Below the pieces are notes generated by a model. It had not been told where the DNA came from. It saw nothing but the letters and a program-made list of their open reading frames with translations, and made no database searches. A stretch of DNA of 64,000 nt from Methanomassiliicoccaceae archaeon (GTDB taxonomy: Archaea > Thermoplasmatota > Thermoplasmata > Methanomassiliicoccales > Methanomassiliicoccaceae). A program made the position numbers and the translations under genes. Shown here piece by piece: positions 36,697 through 45,079 of this stretch (position 1 is the first letter of the stretch; every line of letters begins with the position of its first letter). Where the stretch lies: positions 1-64,000 of the forward strand of contig CAVSJV010000002.1 in the NCBI GenBank assembly GCA_963728405.1, in the 5' to 3' direction.

Positions 36697-37788
36697 ATGA
36701 TCTATCCCCCCCCGCACCTCAGCGATGCGTTGCAGGAGCGCCTGGTGGCGCTCGGAAGCCTGCGCCAGAAGCTAGGCGCCGAGGTGAGCCGGCCCAGCCG
36801 CTGGATGGGAAGCCTGCGGCGCGAGGTTCGAGCAAGCTCGATCGAGAGATCTACCTCGATCGAGGGCTATAGCGTCGACCCCGCCGAAGCAATCGCCCTG
36901 ACCAGCGGGGAATCTGAGCCCGAGAGTGGAGACGAGAACCGGATGGCTGTCTCCTGCTACGCGCGGGCGATGGATCACGTCGGGGTGATGGCGCAGGACC
37001 CTTCCTTCCGTTGGCTCGACCGGGTGATCCTGGATCTGCATTTCGACGCCTGCTATTTCCAGCGCGACAAGGACCCCGGTTACTGGCGGACCGGGGAGAT
37101 CTCTGTCACCGGCCCCGGCGGGCGGATCGACTACAGAGGGCCACCCGGCGAGGAGGTACCGGCCCTGATGGCGGAGATAGTCGAGTGGCTGGACGCCGAC
37201 GAGGAAACCGACGTGATCGTGAAGGCGGCAATCGCCCATCTAAACGTGGTCTCGGTGCACCCATTTCGCGACGGCAACGGGCGTGTGTCGCGGATCGTGC
37301 AGTCGCTGGTATTGGCACGCGAGGGAAAGATGATCTCGCCGGAGTTCTCCTCGATCGAGGAGTACCTCGGTGATAACACGGCCGACTACTACGCCGCGCT
37401 GCGCGATGTGCAGGGCGGCAGCTATCAGCCCGGACGAGACGCAAGCAGCTGGGTCGGCTTTTGCATCGAGGCCCACATCGCGCAGGCGGGCCAGCGGTTG
37501 GCCCAGATCGAGGAGGCCGGGTTACGCTGGAGCTACCTCGAAGAACTGGTGGCGCAGCGAGACTGGCCCGAGCGCTTTCTCATCGCCCTCGAGCAGAGCC
37601 TGATGGGGGGAAGCGACCGCGCCAACTACACCGAGGAGGCCGAGATCTCGCCGGCGAGCGCAAGCAACGACTTTCGACGGCTGCTCGACAGCGGCCTGAT
37701 TCGCCAGACCGGCCGCGGGCGAACTGTCCGCTATTGGGCGAGCGCGGATCTGGTCAAGGGCGTGGACCTGGCCACCGGCAAACCCTGA
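36697..37788 (+). CDS. Fic-domain protein (class II-like) with C-terminal wHTH
   Basis: HPFRDGNGRVSR catalytic motif and N-terminal STSIEG inhibitory motif. TATACT -10 box lies inside a GCCGTA...TACGGC repeat abutting the ATG. Confidence 0.9.
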   Translation: MIYPPPHLSDALQERLVALGSLRQKLGAEVSRPSRWMGSLRREVRASSIERSTSIEGYSVDPAEAIALTSGESEPESGDENRMAVSCYARAMDHVGVMAQDPSFRWLDRVILDLHFDACYFQRDKDPGYWRTGEISVTGPGGRIDYRGPPGEEVPALMAEIVEWLDADEETDVIVKAAIAHLNVVSVHPFRDGNGRVSRIVQSLVLAREGKMISPEFSSIEEYLGDNTADYYAALRDVQGGSYQPGRDASSWVGFCIEAHIAQAGQRLAQIEEAGLRWSYLEELVAQRDWPERFLIALEQSLMGGSDRANYTEEAEISPASASNDFRRLLDSGLIRQTGRGRTVRYWASADLVKGVDLATGKP

Positions 37789-38011
37789 TTGCGGGCGCGA
37801 GCTCGTCCACGCGTCAACTATCACGGCTAATAAAGTCGGGGAGTCATAACCCCCGTCGTGAGGCAGTGCCCGGAGAATCCCGATAGCGTGACGATCCTCG
37901 GTGGCCTTGACGAAAGTCGCGTCGCCGGGGCTTTGTTGGCGTCCGCCGTTCAGGCGTGGCACGCACTTGCAGGGGGCGACCTCCTGCGACGTAACGACAC
38001 AAAAGGAGCGC

Positions 38012-38761
38012 ATGTCCACGCTATCTGAGGAAAGCCTCGAGGTTCACCTGCCGCGCGCGGGCGCCTTCGGGCTCGAGCAGGATGAGGAGTTTTTCGAGAT
38101 CGAGGAGAACGGCCGGCGGCGGCGCCTTCGCTGCCACGACTACGGCGAGATTTTCTCGGTCCCCGGTCTCTACGAGCGGATCTTTGGCGAGGTGCTCAGC
38201 TGCCGCTCGCCCCAGGTCGTCGTCGACCTGCTCGACGAGACGCTGGAGAGGCAGGAGGAAGACTCAAGCGAGTTGCGCGTCGTCGACCTGGGGGCCGGGA
38301 ATGGGATGGTCGGCGAGGAACTGACCAGGATCGGTGCCGAGGAGATTGTCGGCGTCGACCTGCTGGAGGAGGCCAAGGAGGCGGCAGAGCGGGACAGGCC
38401 GGGCGTGTATGACGCCTACCACGCGCTCAACCTGACCGATCTCGACCCGGCGCTCCGCCGCGACCTCGAAGCGCGCGGCTTCAACTGTCTGACCTGTGTC
38501 GCCGCGCTCGGCTTCGGCGACCTGCCTCCTGACGCCTTCCGGGCCGCCTATGACCTGATCGCCCCGGGCGGTTGGATCGCCTTCAACATTCGCGACCAGT
38601 TCGTCGCCAGCGACGATGCCAGCGGCTTCGCCCGCCTGATCGAGGACCTGTTCGAGAGCGGTGAGCTGGTCGAGCACGCTCGCCATCGCTACCGGCACCG
38701 CATCTCGGTGAGTGGCGAGCCACTCCACTACGTCGCGGTGATCGCCCAGAAGGCCGGCTGA
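38012..38761 (+). CDS. Class I SAM-dependent methyltransferase
   Basis: AAAGGAG RBS; VVDLGAGNGMVG, VGVDL and LIAPGGWIAF motifs. Confidence 0.85.
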   Translation: MSTLSEESLEVHLPRAGAFGLEQDEEFFEIEENGRRRRLRCHDYGEIFSVPGLYERIFGEVLSCRSPQVVVDLLDETLERQEEDSSELRVVDLGAGNGMVGEELTRIGAEEIVGVDLLEEAKEAAERDRPGVYDAYHALNLTDLDPALRRDLEARGFNCLTCVAALGFGDLPPDAFRAAYDLIAPGGWIAFNIRDQFVASDDASGFARLIEDLFESGELVEHARHRYRHRISVSGEPLHYVAVIAQKAG

Positions 38762-38826
38762 CTCAGGCCGTCTCGCGCCAATCCCCGGGCACAGTTGAGC
38801 GCTCGGGGACGGCCGATGGCCCTTGG

Positions 38827-39240
38827 CTATTCCCCAAAGGGATTGAAGACCTCGACGCCCGCGCCTTCCACATCGGCGACGTTGCGAGTGGCCAGCGTCA
38901 GACCGGTCACCTTGGCCGTCGCGGCAAGCAGCCCATCGACGACGGGGAGTGGGTCTGGCACGTTCAGTCGCCCCCACTCCTCGGCGATCGCGCGATCGAC
39001 CCCGATGATCCGGTCGCGGTGCGCCTCGACGACGCGACTGAGCCAGCTGTCCAGCGCCGCGGCGGCGTCGGGGTCGCGGCGGCGGATGGACTCGATGCCG
39101 CGACGGATCTCTCCCACCGTAAGGACGCTGAGAAAGATCTCCTCGTCGGCGAGCCCGGCGAACCAAGCTCTGACGCCCTGATCGGTTCGCTCTCCCTTGC
39201 GAAGCTCAGAGATGACGTTGGTATCGAGCAGATAGCTCAA
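38827..39240 (-). CDS. vapC: VapC/FitB PIN-domain toxin
   Basis: YLLDTNVISE, LSVLTVGEI, VDGLLAATA and ATRNVAD motifs. Confidence 0.93.
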   Translation of the reverse strand: MSYLLDTNVISELRKGERTDQGVRAWFAGLADEEIFLSVLTVGEIRRGIESIRRRDPDAAAALDSWLSRVVEAHRDRIIGVDRAIAEEWGRLNVPDPLPVVDGLLAATAKVTGLTLATRNVADVEGAGVEVFNPFGE

Positions 39241-39467
39241 AGCTCGACCGGGCGGCCCCGGTCAGGCGGGCGCTCGAAGTCCCGATCGTCGCCGACGTCG
39301 GGGATGCCGAGGAGAAGTCCCTTGAGGGATGGGCCCTCCTTCGCGCGCAGCGCCTCACGCAGGATCCGGCGGTGCTCCTCCTCCGCAGAGTGGCCGTGAC
39401 GGGCGGCGCGCATCTTCAGCTCGCGCACCACATCGCTCTCTATGTCTCGGACCAGAAGCTGTGCCAT
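39237..39467 (-). CDS. FitA-like ribbon-helix-helix antitoxin
   Basis: MAQLLVRDIE...LKMRAARHGHSAEEEHRRIL. Overlaps the vapC start; TGATAGCA and TGCTAGCA boxes at 39470-39486. Confidence 0.88.
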   Translation of the reverse strand: MAQLLVRDIESDVVRELKMRAARHGHSAEEEHRRILREALRAKEGPSLKGLLLGIPDVGDDRDFERPPDRGRPVEL

Positions 39468-39511
39468 GGTGATAGCAATGCTAGCATCAGCTGGCGTTCC
39501 GGTGCCGGGTC

Positions 39512-39904
39512 TCAGACCTCCACGACCCGTAGGGCAGGGTGGGCGGTGGCGATCTTCTCGTAGTCGCCGTCCTGGGTGACCACCGGCAAGCCGTGCTCGA
39601 TTGCCGTTGCGGCGATCAGAGCATCGGTGAGCTTGACGACGCGGTGGATGCCCGCCGCCCGGCAGTCAGCGACGAGGCGGGCCCACGTAACCATGATCGC
39701 CTCGCTGACGGGGATCGGGTCGGCCGCCCTGGCGAGGGACAGCGTGTCGGCGCGGCGGGCACGAATCCCATCATCGACGGCGCTGAGAACTCCGAGCTGG
39801 AGCTCGCCGATGGTGATTGCCGAAATCGTCGCCCGCTCGGGGAGGACGCCGAGAGGCCGGCCGTCCTCCCTGGCAATGAACACCGAGGTATCGCGCGGGC
39901 GCAC
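39512..39904 (-). CDS. Orphan PIN-domain (VapC-like) protein, N-terminus possibly damaged
   Basis: DTSVFIA, ISAITIGEL, DALIAATA and VTQDGDY; no antitoxin upstream. Confidence 0.75.
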   Translation of the reverse strand: MRPRDTSVFIAREDGRPLGVLPERATISAITIGELQLGVLSAVDDGIRARRADTLSLARAADPIPVSEAIMVTWARLVADCRAAGIHRVVKLTDALIAATAIEHGLPVVTQDGDYEKIATAHPALRVVEV

Positions 39905-39973
39905 CCGCTCCGAGAGGAGGTCTTTGGAACGCAGACGGCCGAAGTCGCTCTCGTAGGGATCGCGCCTGGCGGG

Positions 39974-40249
39974 CTACCCGAGTGCCCGCGCGACACTGAT
40001 GACGATCAGTCCCAGCGCGGCGATTCCCAGGCCCTTGCGGAAACCGTTGACGCCGTGCGCGGCCTCCTCGTAGGCCCACACGGTGAGCGCGACGTAGAAG
40101 GTCGCGCGGGCGAGGTCATCGATCGTGCTGCCGTCGTCGGTCAGTCGCGCCAGGAGAAGCGCGGCGAGGGCGATCCAGAGCGGTGGGTTCGGGGACTGTC
40201 CAACCGTGTAGCCGCGGATCTTGAAGTCTCGCTGGATGGGCGCCAGCAT
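39974..40249 (-). CDS. Small membrane protein
   Basis: GQSPNPPLW...WAYEEAAHGVNGFRK; three hydrophobic segments. Confidence 0.65.
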   Translation of the reverse strand: MLAPIQRDFKIRGYTVGQSPNPPLWIALAALLLARLTDDGSTIDDLARATFYVALTVWAYEEAAHGVNGFRKGLGIAALGLIVISVARALG

Positions 40250-40274
40250 AGTGGTGCCCGGGTCGCCTCTCCGC

Positions 40275-41060
40275 TCAGTCGCGGCGCGGCGGCCAGGGGA
40301 AGAACGCGCTCGTGCGGGAGATGTAGTCCGCGTAGCCCTCGCGCCGCGAGGTCAGCGAACGCTCGAGCAGGGCGGCGCCGCTGACCCGGATCAGCAGGAC
40401 GGACATGACCGCCGGGCCGACAGCCGTCCACCAGGCGCTGCCGGTTTCCAGCGCGACGAGCCAGATCCCCCACCACACGCAGAAGTCGCCGAAGTAGTTC
40501 GGGTGACGCGTGTAGCGCCACAGCCCGCGGTCCATGACCTTCCCGCGGCTCGCCGGATCGGCCTTGAACCGCGCAAGCTGCTGGTCGCCGACCGCCTCGA
40601 ACGCAAGCCCGACTGCCCACAGCGCGGCGCCGGCCCACGCGAGCGCGCCAAGGCCGGAGGGTGTGGGGTCGGTCATTGCCACCTGGACCGGGAGCGAGAC
40701 CACCCACATCAGGGCGCCCTGCAGCCAGAACACGACGACCAGGCTGCGCAGCGGCCAGCGGTCGCCGTAGCGGCGACGCATCGCCGCGTAGCGGTAGTCC
40801 TCGCCTTTCCCGAGATTGCGGCGGGCCAGATAGACGCTCAGGCGCAGGCCCCAGACGGTCACCAGCGCTGCCAGGAGCAGGCGGCGGTCGCCACTCCCCT
40901 CCCCCAGGGCGTAGCCGGCCCAGGCGACGACGACGAAGCCGCTGCCCCAGAAGATGTCGACGACTGAGGTATCGCGCAGCGCGACGCTCACCGCCCACAG
41001 CGCCGTGACGAGGGCGAGCACGAGGCCCGCCTCAACCGCCAGCAGACCCGCGGTGCTCAC
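40275..41060 (-). CDS. DUF1295 / steroid 5-alpha-reductase-like membrane protein
   Basis: VDIFWG, WGLRL, EDYRY and GLWRYTRHPNYFG motifs. Confidence 0.9.
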   Translation of the reverse strand: MSTAGLLAVEAGLVLALVTALWAVSVALRDTSVVDIFWGSGFVVVAWAGYALGEGSGDRRLLLAALVTVWGLRLSVYLARRNLGKGEDYRYAAMRRRYGDRWPLRSLVVVFWLQGALMWVVSLPVQVAMTDPTPSGLGALAWAGAALWAVGLAFEAVGDQQLARFKADPASRGKVMDRGLWRYTRHPNYFGDFCVWWGIWLVALETGSAWWTAVGPAVMSVLLIRVSGAALLERSLTSRREGYADYISRTSAFFPWPPRRD

Positions 41061-42133
41061 GCTGCCGTCCGCGCGCCGGTGTCCGCGAACTGCCCCTCGA
41101 GCCAGTCGTCGACGTCCTGCCAGAGGTCATAGAGCCAGTCCGCCCGCGCGGCGTCCGCCTCGGGCACCTCCGACCGCGGCACCCGCGTCACGCGAACCCG
41201 GACCACGAGCCCGACCAGGCCGCCCTTCCAGATGTCGGAGATCAGCCGCAGGCCGTCGAAACCGTGGTGGGCGATGACGACGATGTCGGCGTCGGGGGCG
41301 CCGTCGAGCAAAGCGCCCACGCCGCCGAGCCTCGGCGGCAGCAGATGCCTGATCCGCTCTGCCCGCGGGGCCAGGCGGGCGTCACGCTCGGCGATGCGCG
41401 CAATCGCCCGGGCGCGACGCTCTGGCGTGAATCGGGTCCCCTCCGGGTAGATCAGCACGCCCTCCTCCGGCCCGAGGCCGTGGGCGAGGGCGCGCACCCG
41501 CTCAACCTCCTCCGCCGCGCCGGTACCGCGGCGCACGAAGTAGTTCGGCAGTCGTCGCCCGGCGATGTCGAGGCAGGGATCAGCGAGCAGCTCTCGCTTG
41601 AGCACGTAGCGCAGGCCGATCCCGTGCGAGCGGGTGACGAGGTTCGCCGGCAGCAGGTTGTCAACGATGCTCGCATGGCGGATCAGGACGATCACGGGCC
41701 CCGGCGCGACCGCCTCGTCGCCCACCACCTCGAGCCTCAGGCCGAACAGCACCCGCACCGCGGCGAACAGCGTGCCGGCCCACAGCTGCTGCAGGCTCTG
41801 GGTCGTGTCACGCAGCCACGCGCCGCGCCGGCCACCCAGGCTCGCGACCCACACCGCCGCCAGCGCGGCCACACCCCCGACCTCGGCAGCGAGGTACACC
41901 CAGAGAAACAGGGCGAGCCGCGCGGCCGTCGGCGGCACCCCGAACGCGACCCGGCGCACCGCGTCGACAACCAGGCCGACGACAAGCAGCGCCGGCAGTA
42001 ACACCGTGACCAGCACAAGACCCAGCACGAGCGGCAGGATCGTCCGCAGTCGTCGAAGGACAACCTCGACCCGGGTCTCATCGACACCACCCCGTTGCAC
42101 CCCGCCATTCTGCCACTGGTTCGCGAGACACAT
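41057..42133 (-). CDS. PlsC-like lysophospholipid acyltransferase (start uncertain)
   Basis: RHASIVD (HX4D), YVLKREL, IYPEGTRF and HLLPPR motifs. Confidence 0.85.
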   Translation of the reverse strand: MCLANQWQNGGVQRGGVDETRVEVVLRRLRTILPLVLGLVLVTVLLPALLVVGLVVDAVRRVAFGVPPTAARLALFLWVYLAAEVGGVAALAAVWVASLGGRRGAWLRDTTQSLQQLWAGTLFAAVRVLFGLRLEVVGDEAVAPGPVIVLIRHASIVDNLLPANLVTRSHGIGLRYVLKRELLADPCLDIAGRRLPNYFVRRGTGAAEEVERVRALAHGLGPEEGVLIYPEGTRFTPERRARAIARIAERDARLAPRAERIRHLLPPRLGGVGALLDGAPDADIVVIAHHGFDGLRLISDIWKGGLVGLVVRVRVTRVPRSEVPEADAARADWLYDLWQDVDDWLEGQFADTGARTAA

Positions 42134-42267
42134 AACTCCCTGAAGTCGGCCCGGCCAGTAAACGGGGCGGTCCGGGGTGAGCCGGACCGAGTTTCACGGG
42201 TCTCCGTCAAACGGTCCCGGCCTGGCTCACTCTGCAAGGCGGCGGAGAAGCTAGGGCTCCGCTCCCA

Positions 42268-42573
42268 TCATGAAATGGAGGCCGGCTCGCACACGGTGCG
42301 GCGTTCGATTCGTACGCCCGACGCCGGCTCGAAGAGCCCGTAAAGAACCTCGGGGTCGAGGTCCACTTCGTCGGGCCACTCGACGGTCCGAGTTTCGGGA
42401 TTGACGTGGACCTGCTCAAAGACATCTCGACGTTCGCGGATCGGGGCAAACACGCCTCCGCGCGCCATCAGGTCGCTCAGGTCGATCTCCTTAACGGCCC
42501 CATCGGAGAAGGTCGCGCGAATCCGAAGGCCCTCCAGGGGCTCAACCTCGGTGACGTTGATGATCTCGGTCAT
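42268..42573 (-). CDS. DUF2442-domain protein (putative antitoxin)
   Basis: VEPLEGLRIRATFSDG...GVFAP...TVEWPDEVDLDPEVLY. Confidence 0.88.
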   Translation of the reverse strand: MTEIINVTEVEPLEGLRIRATFSDGAVKEIDLSDLMARGGVFAPIRERRDVFEQVHVNPETRTVEWPDEVDLDPEVLYGLFEPASGVRIERRTVCEPASIS

Positions 42574-42830
42574 TTCAGCGGCTCAATCGGGCTAGGTACC
42601 TCATGGTTGACGACGCGCTCGAAATTCGCCTCAAGCTCGGCGCGATGCTCAGCTACCCATTCTCGCACGAGGCGTAGCGTTCGTGGAGAAAGGGAGCCTC
42701 TGATGATGGCCCCGGTTGCGATCTCGATCTTGGCGGTGTCGTCCCCGTGGCGAGCATGGAAATGGGGCGGCGGATGGTCCCCGTAGTACATCTCGATCAC
42801 GATCCCGAAGAAGCTGCTTATCCGCGGCAT
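42570..42830 (-). CDS. DUF4160-domain protein (putative HicA-like toxin)
   Basis: MPRISSFFGIVIEMYYGDHPPPHFHA...LVREWV...IEPLK; ATGA overlap with DUF2442. Confidence 0.9.
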   Translation of the reverse strand: MPRISSFFGIVIEMYYGDHPPPHFHARHGDDTAKIEIATGAIIRGSLSPRTLRLVREWVAEHRAELEANFERVVNHEVPSPIEPLK

Positions 42831-42839
42831 GAGAGCAAT

Positions 42840-43466
42840 TCTCGCATCAAGCCCTCGCCAGGATCTGCACGGGCCGACTCCCCCGCGAGATCGATCGCGT
42901 CGGCGCCGACCTCTTCCACGACCGGCGGTCGGTCACGCCGCAACCGCGGCATGTTCACTCTCAGAAATCTCGGCGATACCGGCATGGTTGCCGGTCCATC
43001 GGCGGACGCTCTCTGCCAGGCCCTCGACTTGCCCCCGCCAATCTCGATCTTCGGCGTCGATGCCTGCGGGTCGGACGATGAAGAGGTCGATGTCGCTGGC
43101 CAGATCACCGTCCCCGCGGGCCGCGCTGCCGAAGAGCGACGCATGCACGGCGGTGACCCCCCACGCCCCTATCGCCTCTCGCAGCCGGCCGACGAACTCC
43201 ACGCGGGCTTCCGCCATTCGTTCGACGGCCGGCGCGAGCAGATGGTCTCGATTGAGGAGGTAGAGGAACGCCCGACCCGCCTCCATCCTCTCGACCAGAC
43301 CGTGGGCAACCAGCCGATCGAGGACGTGCTGCACGCCGGTGTTGGAGCGGCCACTCAACCGCGCCAGCTCACGCCCGGTGCGCGGAGTCGAGGACCCTGC
43401 GAGCGCGACGAGAACGTCGACATCCACGCTGTCCGAAAGAGCAGAGGAGGGCCGAGCAACGTCCAT
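42840..43466 (-). CDS. wHTH-fused minimal nucleotidyltransferase (MntA-like); indel near 42950, 3' end approximate
   Basis: TGRELARLSG..VQHVLDRLV..GLV HTH and the LFGSAARGDGDLASDIDL MNT motif. Confidence 0.82.
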
Positions 43467-43477
43467 AGTGTCCTGAG

Positions 43478-43497
43478 TATAGGTCATATGACCTATA
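43478..43497. promoter_or_regulatory. Perfect 20-bp palindromic operator
   Basis: TATAGGTCAT|ATGACCTATA, 11 nt upstream of the wHTH-MNT start codon. Confidence 0.7.
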
Positions 43498-43578
43498 TCT
43501 AGACCAACCTGACTGACCTTGGCACTTTGAGCCATATCTAATTACTAGCGATAACGCTATATTTACGATATCATTCAA

Positions 43579-44268
43579 TTGCTCTCGATCTCAGACGCTG
43601 CAAGCCAATTGGAAGTGGATGTTTCACGCGCCCGGTCACTGGCAGCATCAGGGGAGCTTGCCGGGGTGAAGATCGGTGGGCGCTGGCTGGTCGATTCCGT
43701 CTCGGTCGCCCGTCGCAAGCAAAGCGCGAAGCCGGCCGGCCGGCCGCTCGAGCCTCCGAATGCCTGGGGTGCGATCTTCCTGATCTCGGGCGAAGAGGCA
43801 CCTTGGCTCGATGCACAGGCTCGCTGGCGCATTCGCCAGGCTTTGCGCGCGAAGGGTTTTAGGGGACTGATGCCTCGACTCTCCCGCAGGGCAACACGGC
43901 AGCCTTTCCACGCCCACCCAGGGGAGATCCCTCACCTGTCAAAAGAGCAAGGCGTCGTCAGATCCGGGATCAGCGCCGCCGGTGCGCATGACCTCGATCT
44001 TGCAGCCGGCAATGAGCTCGACGCCTACGTCCCGGCGAACCAATTGGCGCGCCTCGAAAGAGACCACGCCCTCCAGCCCGCCATCCCAGGAGAAGCAAAT
44101 GTGCTGCTGCGGGCCGTACCCGACTCCGCGTGGCACCTCGATGACCTCAGGGTGGCGCCGCTGGCCGCCGTCGCGGTGGACCTCGCCGAGGACCCCGACT
44201 CGCGTTCCTCCCGAGCCGGCAGGTCGGCGATCGCGAAGCTGGAGCGCAAGATCGGCAAGTGGGAATGA
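43579..44268 (+). CDS. Excisionase-type HTH protein with AbiEi-like C-terminal region (putative antitoxin/regulator)
   Basis: LSISDAASQLEV...ASGELAGVKIGGRWLVD (HTH_17-like); SGISAA, DAYV, NVLLR and APLAAVAVDL..D.R..RAG. Confidence 0.7.
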   Translation: MLSISDAASQLEVDVSRARSLAASGELAGVKIGGRWLVDSVSVARRKQSAKPAGRPLEPPNAWGAIFLISGEEAPWLDAQARWRIRQALRAKGFRGLMPRLSRRATRQPFHAHPGEIPHLSKEQGVVRSGISAAGAHDLDLAAGNELDAYVPANQLARLERDHALQPAIPGEANVLLRAVPDSAWHLDDLRVAPLAAVAVDLAEDPDSRSSRAGRSAIAKLERKIGKWE

Positions 44269-45002
44269 GGCCCAAGACGATCGAGATTGCTCCCCTCGAG
44301 CAGGCGGAGATTGATCTTTGGGGCACGGTGGCCAGGATCGCCGGCCACCTCGGTCCCGACCGGCAGTGGTGTCTCGTCGGCGGCCTGATGGTCCAGCTGC
44401 ATGCCTACGAGCATTCGGCGACTCCGAGGCCCACCCGCGACATCGACCTGCTGGGAGACGCACGAAAGCAACCCAGCGTGACGACGCTGCTGGGAGAGGC
44501 CGTGGAAGAGCTGGGCGGGGAGCTCGCGGATCCGCCATCCACCGATCCGAAGCTGGGATACCGGTTCGTCCTCGATGGGCAGGTCGTCGACATCCTCGGA
44601 TCCGACGGGCTCAGGACGCCCGGAATCACGGTCGGGAACAGGGAGACGATCGAAGTGCCTGGTGGCTCCCAAGCGCTAAACCGCAGCGAGGTCGTCGCCA
44701 TCGCGGTCGCAGGCGCGACTCCGGTACTGATTCGGCGGCCGTCCCTGCTCGGCTCAATCCTGATCAAGGCTCGCGCCCTACTGGTCCACGACCGCTGGGA
44801 CGATCAGCGCCGCGACCTGATCCTGCTCCTCACCTTTGTCGAAGACCCTCGAACGCTCGCCGGCGAACTCCGGTCAAGCGAGGTGCGCTGGCTTCTCGAA
44901 GCATCAGCCCGCCTTGACCTCGACGACCCTTCCTTGGAAACGGAGTTCACCGGCGCGGCTCTTCGCGACGCAACTGGCGCCCTCGACCTGTTGACTCGCT
45001 GA
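44265..45002 (+). CDS. AbiEii/MenT-superfamily nucleotidyltransferase (putative toxin)
   Basis: WCLVGGLMVQLH...RPTRDIDLL and ILIKARA...DQRRDL; ATGA overlap with the upstream gene. Confidence 0.72.
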   Translation: MRPKTIEIAPLEQAEIDLWGTVARIAGHLGPDRQWCLVGGLMVQLHAYEHSATPRPTRDIDLLGDARKQPSVTTLLGEAVEELGGELADPPSTDPKLGYRFVLDGQVVDILGSDGLRTPGITVGNRETIEVPGGSQALNRSEVVAIAVAGATPVLIRRPSLLGSILIKARALLVHDRWDDQRRDLILLLTFVEDPRTLAGELRSSEVRWLLEASARLDLDDPSLETEFTGAALRDATGALDLLTR

Positions 45003-45050
45003 CTCATTGCTCCTCGAAGTTCCGCTCAGCACTGTCAGTCCGGAGGATCG

Positions 45051-45070
45051 GCCGCAGCCGCTGCTGCGGC
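45051..45070. terminator. GC-rich hairpin after the NTase gene
   Basis: GCCGCAGC-cgct-GCTGCGGC perfect 8-bp stem; no U tract. Confidence 0.4.
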
Positions 45071-45079
45071 CCGCGCTGC

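Larger units (their letters stand above)
36600..45070. mobile_element. Putative accessory island downstream of tRNA-Val, rich in TA/NTase genes; no integrase visible
   Basis: Abrupt AT-rich stretch right after the tRNA and less extreme codon bias. Contains Fic, two PIN toxins, FitA, DUF4160/DUF2442 and two NTases. Confidence 0.55.

Noticed and set aside
42140-42260. Hairpin CGGTCCGG..CCGGACCG upstream of the acyltransferase as a riboswitch
   Set aside because: It is a single GC-rich stem with no recognisable aptamer features, and could simply terminate the DUF2442 transcript.
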